Positions 1 to 14,162 of a stretch of 64,000 bases of DNA are shown piece after piece; position 1 is the first letter of the stretch, and every line of letters starts with the position of its first letter. The notes under the pieces are model-generated. The model saw only the letters and a list, made by a program, of their open reading frames with translations. It made no database searches and was not told where the DNA came from. Position numbers and translations under genes: made by a program. The DNA is taken from contig NIVC01001443.1 in the NCBI GenBank assembly GCA_002269645.1, forward strand, positions 1 through 64,000. The letters are read 5' to 3'. The DNA is from Macrostomum lignano. Lineage: Eukaryota.

Positions 1-676
1 ACACGGCTGGCGAAGCGGCAGGTATTTCTGCATTATTCAGAGCAGCCAGAGTATTTTATAGAGAAAGGGAAAAAGCAAGCCTGCATTTTGAAACGGACAC
101 AGAAATTTTATTCGCGCAGAATCGAGTATAGGAGAGAGTAATGGAATGACAGCGCGACCCCCCCCCTACTCAAATGAAGTCCACCGATCATAATCGAGGC
201 ACAATGTCTTGACAAGCTTATAAAACTGTTTTGATTGTAGATTTTTATACATTTTAGCGCGGGCAGTTAGCTCCCTGGATGAGCCCGAGACATCAGCAGT
301 TTTATGCCCTCGAGGGCGCATGACTGCGGGAGCTGCTCAAGGCTTCTGGCTTGAGTTAAACTCCCGCTCAGCAGGTCCCTATAAACAAACATAGCGAGCA
401 TTTCAGTCAACTGCTGCCTTGAGGGGGGAGTAGGAATTGAGTTTCAATGGCCAGTTTTTCACCGCAATATTAAATATCAACAACTGTAATTGAATTTTAA
501 CTCAATGATCATCTGTGTGCGTTCGTCTATGGGGCATGTTTTGTTGGCAATAAAAACACCCTTCTGCCTCCGTCCAGCCACTCTATCGCTAAAAGTTGCG
601 CAATTGATAACATGACTTGACTTTTTGCTGTAGCTTTTGCATATGCATTCCATAACTCGTGGCTCTGGTGATACGA

Positions 677-1597
677 GACCCATTGTATCCTGACCCATTC
701 TATCCTGACCCATTCTATCCTGACCCATTCTATCCTGACCCATTCTATCCTGACCGCATTCTATCCTGACCCATTCTATCCTGACCCATTATTGTATCCT
801 GACCCATTCTATCCTGACCCATTCTATCCTGACCCATTCTATCCTGACCCATTCTATCCTGACCCATTCTATCCTGACCCATTCTATCCTGACCCATTCT
901 ATCCTGACCCATTCTATCCTGACCCATTGTATCCTGACCCATTGTATCCTGACCCATTCTATCCTGACCCATTCTATCCTGACCCATTCTATCCTGACCC
1001 ATTCTATCCTGACCCATTCTATCCTGACCCATTCTATCCTGACCCATTCTATCCTGACCCATTCTATCCTGACCCATTCTATCCTGACCCATTCTATCCT
1101 GACCCATTCTATCCTGACCCATTCTATCCTGACCCATTCTATCCTGACCCATTCTATCCTGACCCATTCTATCCTGACCCATTCTATCCTGACCCATTCT
1201 ATCCTGACCCATTCTATCCTGACCCATTCTATCCTGACCCATTCTATCCTGACCCATTCTATCCTGACCCATTCTATCCTGACCATTCTATCCTGACCCA
1301 TTCTATCCTGACCCATTGTATCCTGACCCATTGTATCCTGACCCATTGTATTCTGACCCATTCTATCCTGACCCATTCTATCCTGACCCATTGTATCCTG
1401 ACCCATTGTATCCTGACCCATTGTATTCTGACCCATTCTATACTGACCCATTCTATCCTGATCCATTCTATCCTGACCCATTCTATCCTGATCCACTAAA
1501 TCCTGACCCACTAAATCCTGACCTGCTAAATCCTGACCCACTAAATCCTGACCCACTAAATCCTGACCTGCTAAATCCTGACCCACTATATCCCGAC
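677..1597. repeat. 15-bp minisatellite (ATCCTGACCCATTCT)n
   Basis: About 60 tandem copies, degenerating rightwards. Confidence 0.97.
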
Positions 1598-2126
1598 CTA
1601 CTTAAGTCCCTATATTGCAAAGACTCAATCAGAGTCTTATTGTCACTGCCGTCTGTGCTATGTTGGCATGCAAGGATAACAAAGGCAGTTTAGTTTGGTC
1701 ATAAGTGTGAATTTGTTGGGCAAAGTCACACCTATGAGCAGCGTATAGAAACTGTGAAAGGATTAACTTGCGGCCACTGTGGAGTACAAGGCGGTCAGTA
1801 ACAAACAATAATCTGCATGAATCCTCTTGTTTATCTGGCCAAGCGGGCCCCATACTGCATGGCTGTTAGCGGATTAAAGCTCGCATCTGTGATGGCCAAA
1901 CTCGTTAGCGGGTTATGCAAACTCAGTTTTTTGTCACTGTTAATCCGAGCTGTTGCCATGCAGAACTGCTGCCTTCTCTCCAGATTCGAAATTGGAGTTG
2001 GAAAAGAAATTTAGTAAAGAAAGAAAAGATTATTTTACTTGAAACTGCGCCACTGAGAACGGAGCTGGCCGAAGGAAGAGAACAGACAAACAGCTACTGC
2101 GCTGGATACACAAGTAGCTCGCCACT

Positions 2127-2140
2127 GTCGCCATAGCAAC
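2127..2140. promoter_or_regulatory. RFX X-box-like palindrome
   Basis: GTCGCCATAGCAAC matches GTNRCC-AT-RGNAAC. Confidence 0.4.
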
Positions 2141-3439
2141 CGCGGCATCAATTTGTTAGGGCGAATCTTTTTTTAAATGTAGCCAAAACTGTTCAAATGA
2201 TATAATGTATGAAATGTATAGTCGTGACTTTCTTCTCAAATATTGAGGACGCGCAGGTCGCCACGTGGGCAAAAGCAGCAGCACTGGCTGACTCGAAATT
2301 GCGAGCTGAGATTGCGAGTCCAGGCAAGCGGAAGAATGGAAACTCAGAAGAGCTCAGAGTCAGTCAGAGAAGAGAGCTGCATGCCCCGACTCTGATGCAG
2401 TTGGAAACTTTGCTTTCGGGCGAGAGGTGGGGGGTGGCAGAGTCTCTCCTGAGCTCCCCGGCTGTCTCTGCGCTGTCACCGCCAGAGGCCTGCCAAAATC
2501 CCATGACCTCATTATGCTAATGCGCGACCCACCAGAAATCTCCTGCAGTTGCCAAGCCGCTGGGGCACTTGATTAAAAATTCAAATCAGCTGCGGACACA
2601 AGAGGATTCTGGATGGCCAATCTCCATCCCTCAGTTCCTCATCAAAGCTTTAACCCTTCAGCATTTGGAATCGATCCATCTCAGCCCGAGCAGAGGCTGC
2701 TGACTGATGGAGCCGGCCGGCCCTGTGCTTCCCTGCTCGAGACATTAAAAAAACAACACACACGCACAAAATCATTTCTGCCGTCTCCAAGACCTAACTG
2801 AATAATTAATGAAGAGCATATTATTATTGTTAAACAACAAACTCCTCTTTGTAGACTTGATTCATGATCGGCTGGCTTGAGTAGTTTCACAAAATGGCGC
2901 AAAGTCAAGATTTGAGAATCTGGGGGGGGGTGGTGGGCATGGCGTGATCAACATCGCGTGTTGGCCGGTTTTATCCCAGTTTCGTGCGGTCTAAAATATG
3001 GGTAGAGACGGACCAAAGGGATTCTTTTGTAGGACCGGTGGCGGGCGAGCGACCATCGACGGAATCCCGAAGCCCAGTCTCTTTTGTCAGCTGGTTATCT
3101 TGGGGGGGGCATTGGTTACCTACTCTGCACGCTATACGCCCTCAGCTGCCACCCACTGGCCTTGGAGACTCCTTGGATTGAAAATCTGGGGACTCGGAGC
3201 AAATCTCTGCGGTGCTAAACCGACTTTGAGCAGGGGGTCATTATCGGATTATTCGAGCGTAAGGCAGGCCGGCAGTGGCGGAGAAGAACTGAGGGCCAAG
3301 TGAGACAGGGCAGCTCAGATCTACAGACTCTCGCAAATCGCCATCGCTCTGATATTGAGGCGGATGAGATATGACTTTTCAGGGCCAAAACCGCTACGGC
3401 AATCTGCAACCTGCAGGGAAGTTGAATGACTTACAGCTA

Positions 3440-3875
3440 TCTACCCCCCGTCCATTCTTACACCCTACTCTACCTACCTACCCTTCTCTCTCCATGCACT
3501 CTTGCACCCTACTCTACCTACCTACCCTTCTCTCTCCATGCACTACTGCACCCTACTCTACCTACCTACCCTTCTCTCTCCATGCACTCCTGCACCCTAC
3601 TCTACCTACCTACCCTTCTCTCTCCATGCACTCTTGCACCCTACTCTACCTACCTACCCTTCTCTCTCCATGCACTCCTGCACCCTACTCTACCTACTTC
3701 CCCTTCTCTCTCCACTCTCACAGCCTACTCAACCTACCTACCCTTCTTTATCCACTCTCACAGCCTACTCAACCTACCTACCCTTCTCTCTCCACTCTCA
3801 CACCCTACTCTACCTACCTACCCTTCTTTATCCACTCTCACAGCCTACTCAACCTACCTACCCTTCTCTGTCCAC
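3440..3875. repeat. ~43-bp pyrimidine-rich minisatellite
   Basis: Repeated CACCCTACTCTACCTACCTACCCTTCTCTCTCCATGCACT variants. Confidence 0.9.
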
Positions 3876-4547
3876 TCGCTTCTCTCTCTGTGTCCCAATC
3901 TAGCATCCCAGCGCAGTCTCGCAGGGCAGATCGATTGCCAGCAAAACAGAAGCCGCGCGCAGCAAAGAGGAGAAAAGAATTTTTACATTTACGCGCAGCA
4001 GTCGCAAAAACATCCGCGGGGCATTTTTCCCTTTAACCTGATTTTCCGCTCGCCTGGCGGCACAGGCCCGCGAGTTGGGGATGAGCCGGGGCGCCGCTGA
4101 TTGCGGAATGCAGGTGGGCTGAGAAGCCTGGAAACGAAAGGCAAATGACAGACGAAGGCCCGGAGAGGCTGCAGGAAGCTGCTCATGGGAAACCCGCAGG
4201 AGGGGCGCCGGTGAAGAGAAGGAGGATAATTCTGCGAGGTGCATTTATCCCAAGCCTCTGCTAATTTGTGTGTTGGGGATGCGGAGAGCTGTGGGAAATC
4301 CTTTTCAGCCCCTCCCGCTCTCAGGCCTGACCCGTTCTCCCCAGGGATATTTATCCCACACCGAATACTCGAGGTGCGCATCGCTGCGTCCCACAGACCG
4401 GGGTCCATTAGAATCTCGTTTTCGTCTCGTCCTGGCTGCCTTTGCTTCTCCTGTGTTCTCAAAGCTGCTTGGGTCAGGAAAAACAGGTGCTGCAAATTCA
4501 CTGGGAGACTCGCAATGATGGCAAATATTACCGATTGATCTAGTGGG

Positions 4548-5275
4548 GGGAGGCTGAAGACCAGCATCCGAGTGATTTGGGGGGCGGAAGACCGGCATCC
4601 GAGTGATTTGGGGGGCGGAAGATGAGCATCCGAGTGATTTGGGGGGCGGAAGACGAGCATCCGAGTGATTTGGGGGGCGGAAGACGAGCATCCGAGTGAT
4701 TTGGGGGGCAGACGACCGGCATCCGAGTGATTTGGGGGGCGGAAGACCGGCATCCGAGTGATTTGGGGGGCGGAAGACCGGCATCCGAGTGATTTGGGGG
4801 GCGGAAGACCGGCATCCGAGTGATTTGGGGGCGGAAGACCGGCATCCGAGTGATTTGGGGGGCGGAAGACCGGCATCCGAGTGATTTGGGGGGGGGGGCA
4901 GAAGACCGGCATCCGAGTGATTTAGGGGCGGAAGACCAGCATCCGAGTGATTTGAGGGGCGGAAGACCGGCATCCGAGTGATTTGAGAGGCGAAAGACCG
5001 GCATCCGAGTGATTTTAGGGGCGGAAGACCGGCATCCGAGTGATTTGAGGGGCGGAAGACCAGCATCCGAGTGATTTGGGGGGGGGCGGAAGACCTGCTC
5101 CAAGCGGTACAGGGGGGGGCGGAAGACCTGCTCCAAGCGGTACAGGGGGGTGGAAGACCTGCTCCAAGCGGTACAGGGGGGGGCGGAAGACCTGCTCCAA
5201 GCGGTACAGGGGGGGTGGAAGACCTGCTTCAAGCGGTACAGGGGGGCGGAAAACCTGCTCCAAGCGGTACAGGGA
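4548..5275. repeat. Compound G-rich minisatellite (two related ~30-bp units)
   Basis: G(n)CGGAAGACCGGCATCCGAGTGATTT to ~5075, then G(n)CGGAAGACCTGCTCCAAGCGGTACA. Confidence 0.92.
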
Positions 5276-6807
5276 GGACGGCAGAAGCCAGTCTCCACTG
5301 AAGCGAGCCGGCGGGAAGACAGCCAATGACAGGCGAATTCGATTACTCCAAGACTAAAGTCATTCGGACAAACAAGATGCAAATCGCCGAGCTCGCTACC
5401 CCAATTCAGCTTCTCTTTGTGCTGATTGAATTTCTCTGCACACGGCTTGAAAAGTTCTCAAAGGCCAAAATTATCAGTTCTAAGAGCGATGATGGCGCAG
5501 TCCCGCCGGATCCAGCATCCCGCGTATGATGAGGCCAGCAAATTTTTCCCAAGCAGACCTCCCGCTGGGCAAATCACATGGCAAGGCGGTGTTTGCAAAC
5601 CTCCTGAGCATAGGGCTCAGATTCCCGGCCCACAATGGGGATAAATTCCTGCGGATCAGTGCAGCAGAAAATCTGCCTCCCCATCGGAACTCTGGAGGGA
5701 CTTAACCTCCCCTGCAATCTCCCTCTCAGAACTGAGCGCCTTCCCCATTCACCGCGGGGAGTTCCCAACCGCACCGCCAATGGTAGAGGAAGGCCCAGCA
5801 GACAAAATACTTTGAAAAAAAGCTTTTGTCTTCCGGTTGCTTTCGTCACAAAGTGTCGGCAACTCGGCGGCGACGGCGGCCCAGGTTCGAGTCCCGAGTC
5901 CGTGGAGCGAAGGCGACGCACCGGGGGGTTGGGTTGGGGGGCAAGCGATCAAGACTTCGGCGGGGCTGGAGGGGAGAAAGGGGAGCGCAGAGCGACTTTG
6001 TGCGCGGGCAGGCAAGCGGAAGACGGGGGGGGGGGGTCTGCGGACTGTTTGTGGGAGCCGCGGTGGCGGTCAGCGGAGCGGAAGGAGCTCAGAGGGGGGG
6101 ACATCTGCAGCTTGGGCCCGCAGGTCTTGGGAAAATCTGAGAATTCCAGCCCAGGCCGTGTGTAGAGAGGCCGGTCTGAGAACCCCGAGAGAGAGAGGGT
6201 GAGCATAGCAACTATGGCTATTTACTCTGGAACAGCGCGAGAGAAATGAGCGAGAACTTATTTATGAACCGGCGACTCAATCAGGTGCCTCATCGGCTTG
6301 TTAGAGTATTATTTTCGATCTCAAAAGTCGGTGTTGTTAAAGTCGTGGCCTGAGGATATTGGGTTACTGAGGCGCCCCCCCTTGATCCCCGCCCCTCCGG
6401 GATGGCGGCTTTGCACTGCTGCTCAAACAATGCAATAACAACAATTTTGCGAGTCAAGAGTCGTTGAGGCGCGCGCGAATCTCAGATCCCGAGCCGAGTT
6501 ATCTTGACGTTTCATCTCTGCCTTCTACTCTCTCCTCCGCACCTACCCAGCTGTAGCCATCTCGCTATCAACTGCACCGAGATCAGCAAGATTGATCAGC
6601 TGTGAAGTGTGTGTCACTCACTTTTGTCTATGTACCCAATTATTAATTACCTACAGATCACCTGACTGACGTATCGATGTGACTTTGAGACGCCTTAAAT
6701 CTGAATCTTGACAATGGAGCTCTAATTGAAATAATGTGCATGTACCATTGCTGGGTCTGGGCCGTCTGGTTCGGATTCTGTAGCCTTACATGTATTGGGA
6801 GAAAGGA

Positions 6808-7092
6808 ATGGAAGCTGCAGGGATGGAAGCTGCATGGATGGAAGCTGCATGGATGGAAGCTACATGGATGGAAGCTGCATGGATGGAAGCTGCGTGGATG
6901 GAAGCTGCATGGATGGAAGCTGCAGGGATGGAAGCTGCAGGGATGGAAGCTGGCATTGGGGAATGGAAGCTGGCATTGGGGAATGGAAGCTGGCATTGGG
7001 GAATGGAAGCTGGCATTGGGGAATGGAAGCTGGCATTGGGGAATGGAAGCTGGCATTGGGGAATGGAAGCTGGCATTGGGGAATGGAAGCTG
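6808..7092. repeat. Compound 15-bp/21-bp minisatellite
   Basis: ATGGAAGCTGCATGG copies followed by GGAATGGAAGCTGGCATTGGG copies. Confidence 0.92.
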
Positions 7093-7872
7093 GCATTGGG
7101 GAATGGAGGCTAGCAGCAATGGGATAACTAAGTATCATTATTGGGATAGCTACGAACGGGTTTTTAAACACGCACTGATGCAGATCGCACAAAAGCTCCC
7201 AACTCATGCAGCACAAGGATGCCAGTTTGATCAACAGATCAGGCAGGGCCGAGGATCTCTCGCAGGCACGCGAGAATGCCGCTAGCGCCCTCAGCGATCA
7301 GCAGCAGCTGATAGTGGCTCCCCTAAGCAAACGAGTGAGAAACGCGTGGGGAAGGAGCTCCAGAGCAGAAGGCGAATGCAGGTGCGGTAATTAGGGGAAG
7401 CGGGGGGGGGAGGCGGGTGAACAGTGCGTGCTCGGAGCAAAGGCTAACAAGTTGGGATCACAAAGCAGTCAAAGCGAGGATTTGAGAAGATGGAGCTCGG
7501 AGCAGCGCAGACCTGTAAAGAGTTTAATACGAATTCTAAAAGCAAAAAAAAGACTAAAGCTGAGAGGCTGCATCGAAATTGAAATTCGCCATCATGATAT
7601 AATAATAGAGAATATGGGACTCAAACGTCAGATCGGCTAATGGGGTGCTCACTGTTCACAGAACAGCAGACTTTGTCAAATCTTGCTGGCTGTGGCGGCC
7701 CAGCCGGGCGTGAAATCGGGGTTGTGAAAGGGAGATGGGGGGGGGGGCTGCGGGATGCGGGGCTCCGTATGGGGCCAAGGAGATCTGGGACTAGGAAGCT
7801 GGGGTGCTGGAGGCCCGATAAAACAGCGGCTCTGAACAAAAGCTTAAAACTGCTGTCAATACTTTTGCTTTT

Positions 7873-8036
7873 ACAAGCTCAAAACTTCACAAGCTCGAAA
7901 CTTCACAAGCTCGAAACTTCACAAGCTCGAAACTTCACAAGCTCGAAACTTCACAAGCTCGAAACTTCACAAGCTCAAAACTTCACAAGCTCGGAACTTC
8001 ACAAGCTCGGAACTTCACAAGCTCGGAACTTCACAA
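7873..8036. repeat. 16-bp minisatellite (AACTTCACAAGCTCGA)n
   Basis: About 10 tandem copies. Confidence 0.92.
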
Positions 8037-8860
8037 GTGTTTGTCGAATTCAATCAAGTTTGCGAGCCAGCGGAAGCAACTGGAAATTTTCAAGCTTGTC
8101 AAACACTCCCTTCCAGGTCCTTGCACTGGGCCTCCTTGGCTGGGAGAAAGTGGCCAAGGCATTCGAGGAGGGGAGCCAGCAAGCGAAACTCCCTCCAGTT
8201 CGCTTGGCTGAATGCGGAACAATTTCCCCAGCTCTGGGAGTTCGATCAGTCGCTCGCATAGGCATCGAAGGTTTTAGGGGATAAATTTCCCAAACACGAA
8301 ACAGAAAAATCTCGCCCCTCCCGCGTGTTGATTCTCAATTCGTCCCCGGGTTGTGGCGAATGTTTGTCCGCCTGGGGGTCCGGGTAGCTCCGGTTCAATT
8401 AGGCCACTTTGTTTGCGCACCGCATGCAGGTCCCCGGCGAGCCCCGGGGCTCCGCAGGGCTCATCATTATAGTTTTCCGCTTGGCTTCAGCCAATCAGAG
8501 AGAGAAAGTTCTGAGCAAGAGGTGCGCACAGGACTCCGTGGACGCGACTTGCAAGAGGAAACTCTTGATCAAGAAACATTCGAAGGGGCAAAAGAGACGC
8601 ACTGACAACTCTGTGTGTTGTTTCTGTTGTTGATTTGCCTACTTGGCAGCGCGAAAAAGATGTTGATCTCGAGTTTCGCAAGTTTTCTCACCTTTGATTA
8701 ATCATTCAGGACTGTGGATCAGCTTTCGGGTTCAGTCAGGTGAATATTCGATGTTCGTAAACCCAATTGATTACAAGTAAGTCTACACTTCCCACTTACT
8801 CGTAAATATTCAAGATCCACAATGTTACCCATCTTGTACATTTAGAATGTTGTCAGTTGG

Positions 8861-9751
8861 GTTCTAATCTGCGCTCTCTGGATTCTAATCTGGCGCTCTC
8901 TAGATTCTAATCTGGCGCTCTCCAGATTCTAATTTGTCGCTCTCTAATTCTAATCTGGCGCTCTCTGGATTCTAATCTGGCGCTCTCTGGATTCTAATCT
9001 GGCGCTCTAATAGATTCTAATCTGGCGCTCTCCTAGATTATAATCTGGCGCTCTCCTAGATTCTAATCTGGCGCTCTCTGGATTCTAATCTGGCGCTCTC
9101 CTAGATTCTAATCTGGCGCTCTCCTAGATTCTAATCTGGCGCTCTCCTAGATTCTAATCTGGCGCTCTCCTAGATTCTAATCTGGCGCTCTCTGGATTCT
9201 AATCTGGCGCTCTCTGGATTCTAATCTGGCGCTCTCCTAGATTCTAATCTGCGCTCTCCTGGATTCTAATCTGGCGTTCTCTGGATTCTAATCTGGCGCT
9301 CTCCTAGATTCTAATCTGCGCTCTCTGGATTCTAATCTGGCGCTCTCTGGATTCTAATCTGGCGCTCTCTGGATTCTAATCTGGCGCGCTCTGGATTCTA
9401 ATCTGTCGCTCTCTGGATTCTAATCTGGCGCTCTCTGTGTTCTAATCTGGCGCTCTCTGGATTCTAATCTGGCGCTCTCTGGATTCTAATCTGGCGCTCT
9501 CTGGATTCTAATCTGGCGCTCTCTGGATTCTAATCTGGCGCTCTCTGTGTTCTAATCTGGCGCTCTCTGGATTCTAATCTGGCGCTCCTGGATTCTAATC
9601 TGGCGCTCTCTAGATTCTAATCTGGCGCTCTCTGGATTCTAATCTGGCGCTCTCTGGATTCTAATCTGGCGCTCTCTGGATTCTAATCTGGCGCTCTCTG
9701 GATTCTAATCTGGCGCTCTCTGGATTCTAATCTGGCGCTCTCTGTGTTCTA
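8861..9751. repeat. 22-23-bp minisatellite (TCTGGATTCTAATCTGGCGCTC)n
   Basis: About 39 tandem copies with TCTGG/CCTAG variants. Confidence 0.95.
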
Positions 9752-10540
9752 AGTGACCTATTTGAACAGTGTTGTAAACTGGAGTCCCCGCAGAAAGTGA
9801 ACAAAGCGGTTCATCAATTAGAAACTGATGCTCCATCGGGAGAGGCTGGTGTCGCAAATGAGTGACAAAGGAAATTCAAACCCGGCCCAACAAGAGAGGC
9901 TCACACCGGCTGTGAGCACCAGCGCAGCCAGCGCACTTGAGCACGAAGGTGCTCGAGCAAGGGCACCTGGGTCCCGTAGTACCGTGGGATGGGGGAGGCT
10001 TACAGGAGGAAGCCAAGGCAGAATTGGGAAGACTGCAGATTCGCACGCAGCGGAGAGGCCCTCGAATGATCAGCGACTGCATGGGAAATGGGATCGCTGG
10101 GAGACAGACCCCCCCCCCCGGATCCCCCAATAAATGCGCGCACGGCTGACCGAGCGCAGGAGAGAACGCGCCAGGTAAGGCTTTATAAGCCCGATGGAGA
10201 AGGGAAGCTGGAGAGCGGGGACGCTGGACCCCCCTTTGACGGGGACCACTATCCGTAGCCTGTCTGGGGATTTGCCCGGGCCCTCGAATTCGGTTGATCG
10301 ATTCGAATATTGGGAATAAAATAAGGAGAAGGGCAGGCAGGCCTTGCCGAAGTCAAGAAGGGATTTCTTCTCGAGCTTTTTTGCTCCTCTCGCCGATCCT
10401 CTTTGTCTGCTCTGCCCCCCTCCCCGATCGCAGACTTTGAAGCCCGGATCTCAACGAGAGGCTTCTCTCGCCGCGCCACCGTGACATGGTCGTATTTTTA
10501 CGAGCTACTAAAATTCTTACACCATTCTACTTTTTACCAG

Positions 10541-13200
10541 GGCGCCCCTGACAATGGTGTCCTTAAGGTGGTGCCCCTGACGATGGTGTCCCCAAGATGG
10601 CGCCCCTGACGATGGTGTCCCAAGGTGGCGCCCCTGACAATGGTGTCCCCAAATTGGCGGCGCCCCTGACAATGGTGTCCCCAAATTGGCGGCGCCCCTG
10701 ACAATGGTGTCCCCAAATTGGCGGCGCCCCTGACAATGGTGTCCCCAAATTGGCGGCGCCCCTGACAATGGTGTCCCCAAATTGGCGGCGCCCCTGACAA
10801 TGGTGTCCCCAAATTGGCGGCGCCCCTGACAATGGTGTCCCCAAATTGGCGGCGCCCCTGACAATGGTGTCCCCAAGATGGCGCCCCTGACAATGGTGTC
10901 CCCAAATTGGCGGCGCCCCTGACAATGGTGTCCCCAAATTGGCGGCGCCCCTGACAATGGTGTCCCCAAGATGGCGCCCCTGACAATGGTGTCCCCAAGA
11001 TGGCGCCCCTGACGATGGTGTCCCCAAGGTGGCGCCCCTGACAATGGTGTCCCCAAATTGGCGGCGCCCCTGACAATGGTGTCCCCAAATTGGCGGCGCC
11101 CCTGACAATGGTGTCCCCAAATTAGCGGCGCCCCTGACAATGGTATCTACAATGGTGTCCCCAAATTAACGGCGTCCCTGGCAATGGTGTCCTTAAGGTG
11201 GTGCCCCTGACGATGGTGTCCCCAAGATGGCGCCCCTGACGATGGTGTCCCCAGGGTGGCGCCCCTGACAATGGTGTCCCCAAATTGGCGGCGCCCCTGA
11301 CAATGGTGTCCCCAAATTGGCGGCGCCCCTGACAATGGTGTCCCCAAATTGGCGGCGCCCCTGACAATGGTGTCCCCAAATTGGCGGCGCCCCTGACAAT
11401 GGTGTCCCCAAGATGGCGCCCCTGACAATGGTGTCCCCAAATTGGCGGCGCCCCTGACAATGGTGTCCCCAAATTGGCGGCGCCCCTGACAATGGTGTCC
11501 CCAAGATGGCGCCCCTGACAATGGTGTCCCCAAGATGGCGCCCCTGAAGATGGTGTCCCCAAGATGGCGCCTCTGACAATGGTGTCCCCAAGATGGCGCC
11601 TCTGACAATGGTGTCCCCAAGATGGCGCCTCTGACAATGGTGTCCCCGAGGTGGCGCCCCTGACAATGGTGTCCCCGAGGTGGCGCCCCTGAAGATGGTG
11701 TCCCCGAGGTGGCACCCCTGAAGATGGTGTCCCCAAGATGGCGCCCCTGACGATGGGTCCCCAAGGTGGCGCCCCTGAAGATGGTGTCCCCAAGATGGCG
11801 CCTCTGACAATGGTGTCCCCAAGATGGCGCCCCTGACAATGGTGTCCCCAAGGTGGCGCCCCTGAAGATGGTGTCCCCAAGGTGGCGCCCCTGAAGATGG
11901 TGTCCCCAAGATGGCGCCCCTGAAGATGGTGTCCCCAAGGTGGCGCCCCTGAAGATGGTGTCCCCAAGATGGCGCCCCTGAAGATGGTGTCCCCAAGGTG
12001 GCGCCCCTGAGGATGGTGTCCCCAAGGTGGCGCCCCTGAAGATGGTGTCCCCAAGGTGGCGCCCCTGAAGATGGTGTCCCTAAGATGGCGCCCCTGACAA
12101 TGGTGTCCCCGAGGTGGCACCCCTGAAGATGGTGTCCCCAAGATGGCCGCCCTGACGATGATGTCCCCAAGATGGCGCCCCTGAAGATGGTGTCCCCAAG
12201 GTGGCGCCCCTGACGATGGGGTCCCCAAGGTGGCGCCCCTGAAGATGGTGTCCCCAAGATGGCGCCTCTGACAATGGTGTCCCCAAGATGGCGCCTCTGA
12301 CAATGGTGTCCCCAAAATGGCGCCTCTGACAATGGTGTCCCCGAGGTGGCGCCCCTGACAATGGTGTCCCCGAGGTGGCGCCCCTGAAGATGGTGTCCCC
12401 GAGGTGGCACCCCTGAAGATGGTGTCCCCAAGATGGTGCCCCTGACAATGGTGTCCCCAAGGTGGCGCCCCTGAAGATGGTGTCTTCAAGGTGGCGCCCC
12501 TGAAGATGGTGTCTTCAAGGTGGCGCCCCTGAAGATGGTGTCCCCAAGGTGGCGCCCCTGAAGATGGTGTCCCCAAGATGGCGCCCCTGAAGATGGTGTC
12601 CCCAAGGTGGCGCCCCTGAAGATGGTGTCCCCAAGATGGCGCCCCTGACAATGGTGTCCCCAAGATGGCGCCCCTGAAGATGGTGTCCCCAAGATGGCGC
12701 CCCTGAAGATGGTGTCCCCAAGGTGGCGCCCCTGAGGATGGTGTCCCCAAGGTGGCGCCCCTGAAGATGGTGTCCCCAAAGTGGCGCCCCTGAAGATGGT
12801 GTCCCTAAGATGGCGCCCCTGACAATGGTGTCCCCGAGGTGGCACCCCTGAAGATGGTGTCCCCAAGGTGGCGCCCCTGAAGATGGTGTCCCCAAGATGG
12901 CGCCCCTGAAGATGGTGTCCCCAAGGTGGCGCCCCTGAAGATGGTGTCCCCAAGATGGCGCCCCTGAAGATGGTGTCCCAAGGTGGCGCCCCTGAAGATG
13001 GTGTCCCCAAAGTGGCGCCCCTGAAGATGGTGTCCCTAAGATGGCGCCCCTGACAATGGTGTCCCCAAGGTGGCGCCCCTGACAATGGTGTCCCCAAGAT
13101 GGCCGCCCTGACGATGGTGTCCCCAAGATGGCGGCCCTGACGATGGTGTCCCCAAGGTGGCACCCCTGACGATGGTGTCCCCAAGGTAGCGCCCCCTGAC
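10541..13200. repeat. 29/32-bp minisatellite (CGCCCCTGACAATGGTGTCCCCAA..GG)n
   Basis: About 90 copies with variant domains along the array (ATTGGCGG form left, GAAGATGG form right). Confidence 0.97.
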
Positions 13201-14162
13201 AGATAAGCAAGTCTGCCAAAAATAGAGTAATTAATAAAACACGGAAAAAATTGACAAGCTCCGACAACTGCGGGACAGACAAACCAATCCCCCAACGGCC
13301 TTCGGCGAGGCGAGATACGCGACTCTAGCGACCGTCTCCAGCCCAGCTGTCGGACCATTGCTAGCCGCGAGTGCCCTTTGAATGCCAGGACAGCCCGGCC
13401 GCCGCCTGTCAGTGTGACAAATGCGATATTTTATTGACTGACTGAGATCCCTGGCGCCGTCTTGACAGAATTGAAGAACTGCCAAGGCTGAGGCGTGGGG
13501 GGGAGGTGTTGGCTGTGAAAAAAATCGGCCCACCAGTCCTCGAAGACCGCATAAATGAGGACGCATTCGACCAGAAAATTCGCGGGCCCATTGACATTGA
13601 AGCCAATAGCTATGGTGTATATAAATATAATGCGAGGGGCTGCTCAATCTCAGACAGTTATGCAAATGCGACCAGCTGCCGCGCAACTCAGCATCGTCAC
13701 CTTTCCCCTACTGCAGACTCCTCCTCCTCCCACCCATCATCTTATAGGCGCCCGATGCGAAAGGAAAAGTTGGCGACGCGTAAAGCCGGCCGGCCCGGCC
13801 CGGCCTGTCAGGGAGGTTTTTCTACTCGGCCAACTCCGGAGCGCCCGCCTACTTCCCGGCTCCTCCTTCCACTTCTCAGCCATCCGCCCTGCATCCGAAC
13901 TTCCCGGTGCCAAGAAGGTCTGGCTGGCTGTGACGGGCGCAAACGCAATCCGGAGCCGCATGGCAGCCAGGGGGGGGGGGAACAAAGACTCCGGGACAGC
14001 ACTCGAAATTCGGATCGCTGACTCCGCCGCCTCGTCAGCTTTCACTTTTCTGAGTTGCGCGGCTTTGTCTGCCAGAGTTTCCACAGGGCCGCCGAGTTCT
14101 GTTCTACAGTGCTCTGGCTCGGCCTCTTAAAGTTGCAAGTGCTGCTAGCTGCTCTTAGCTAC

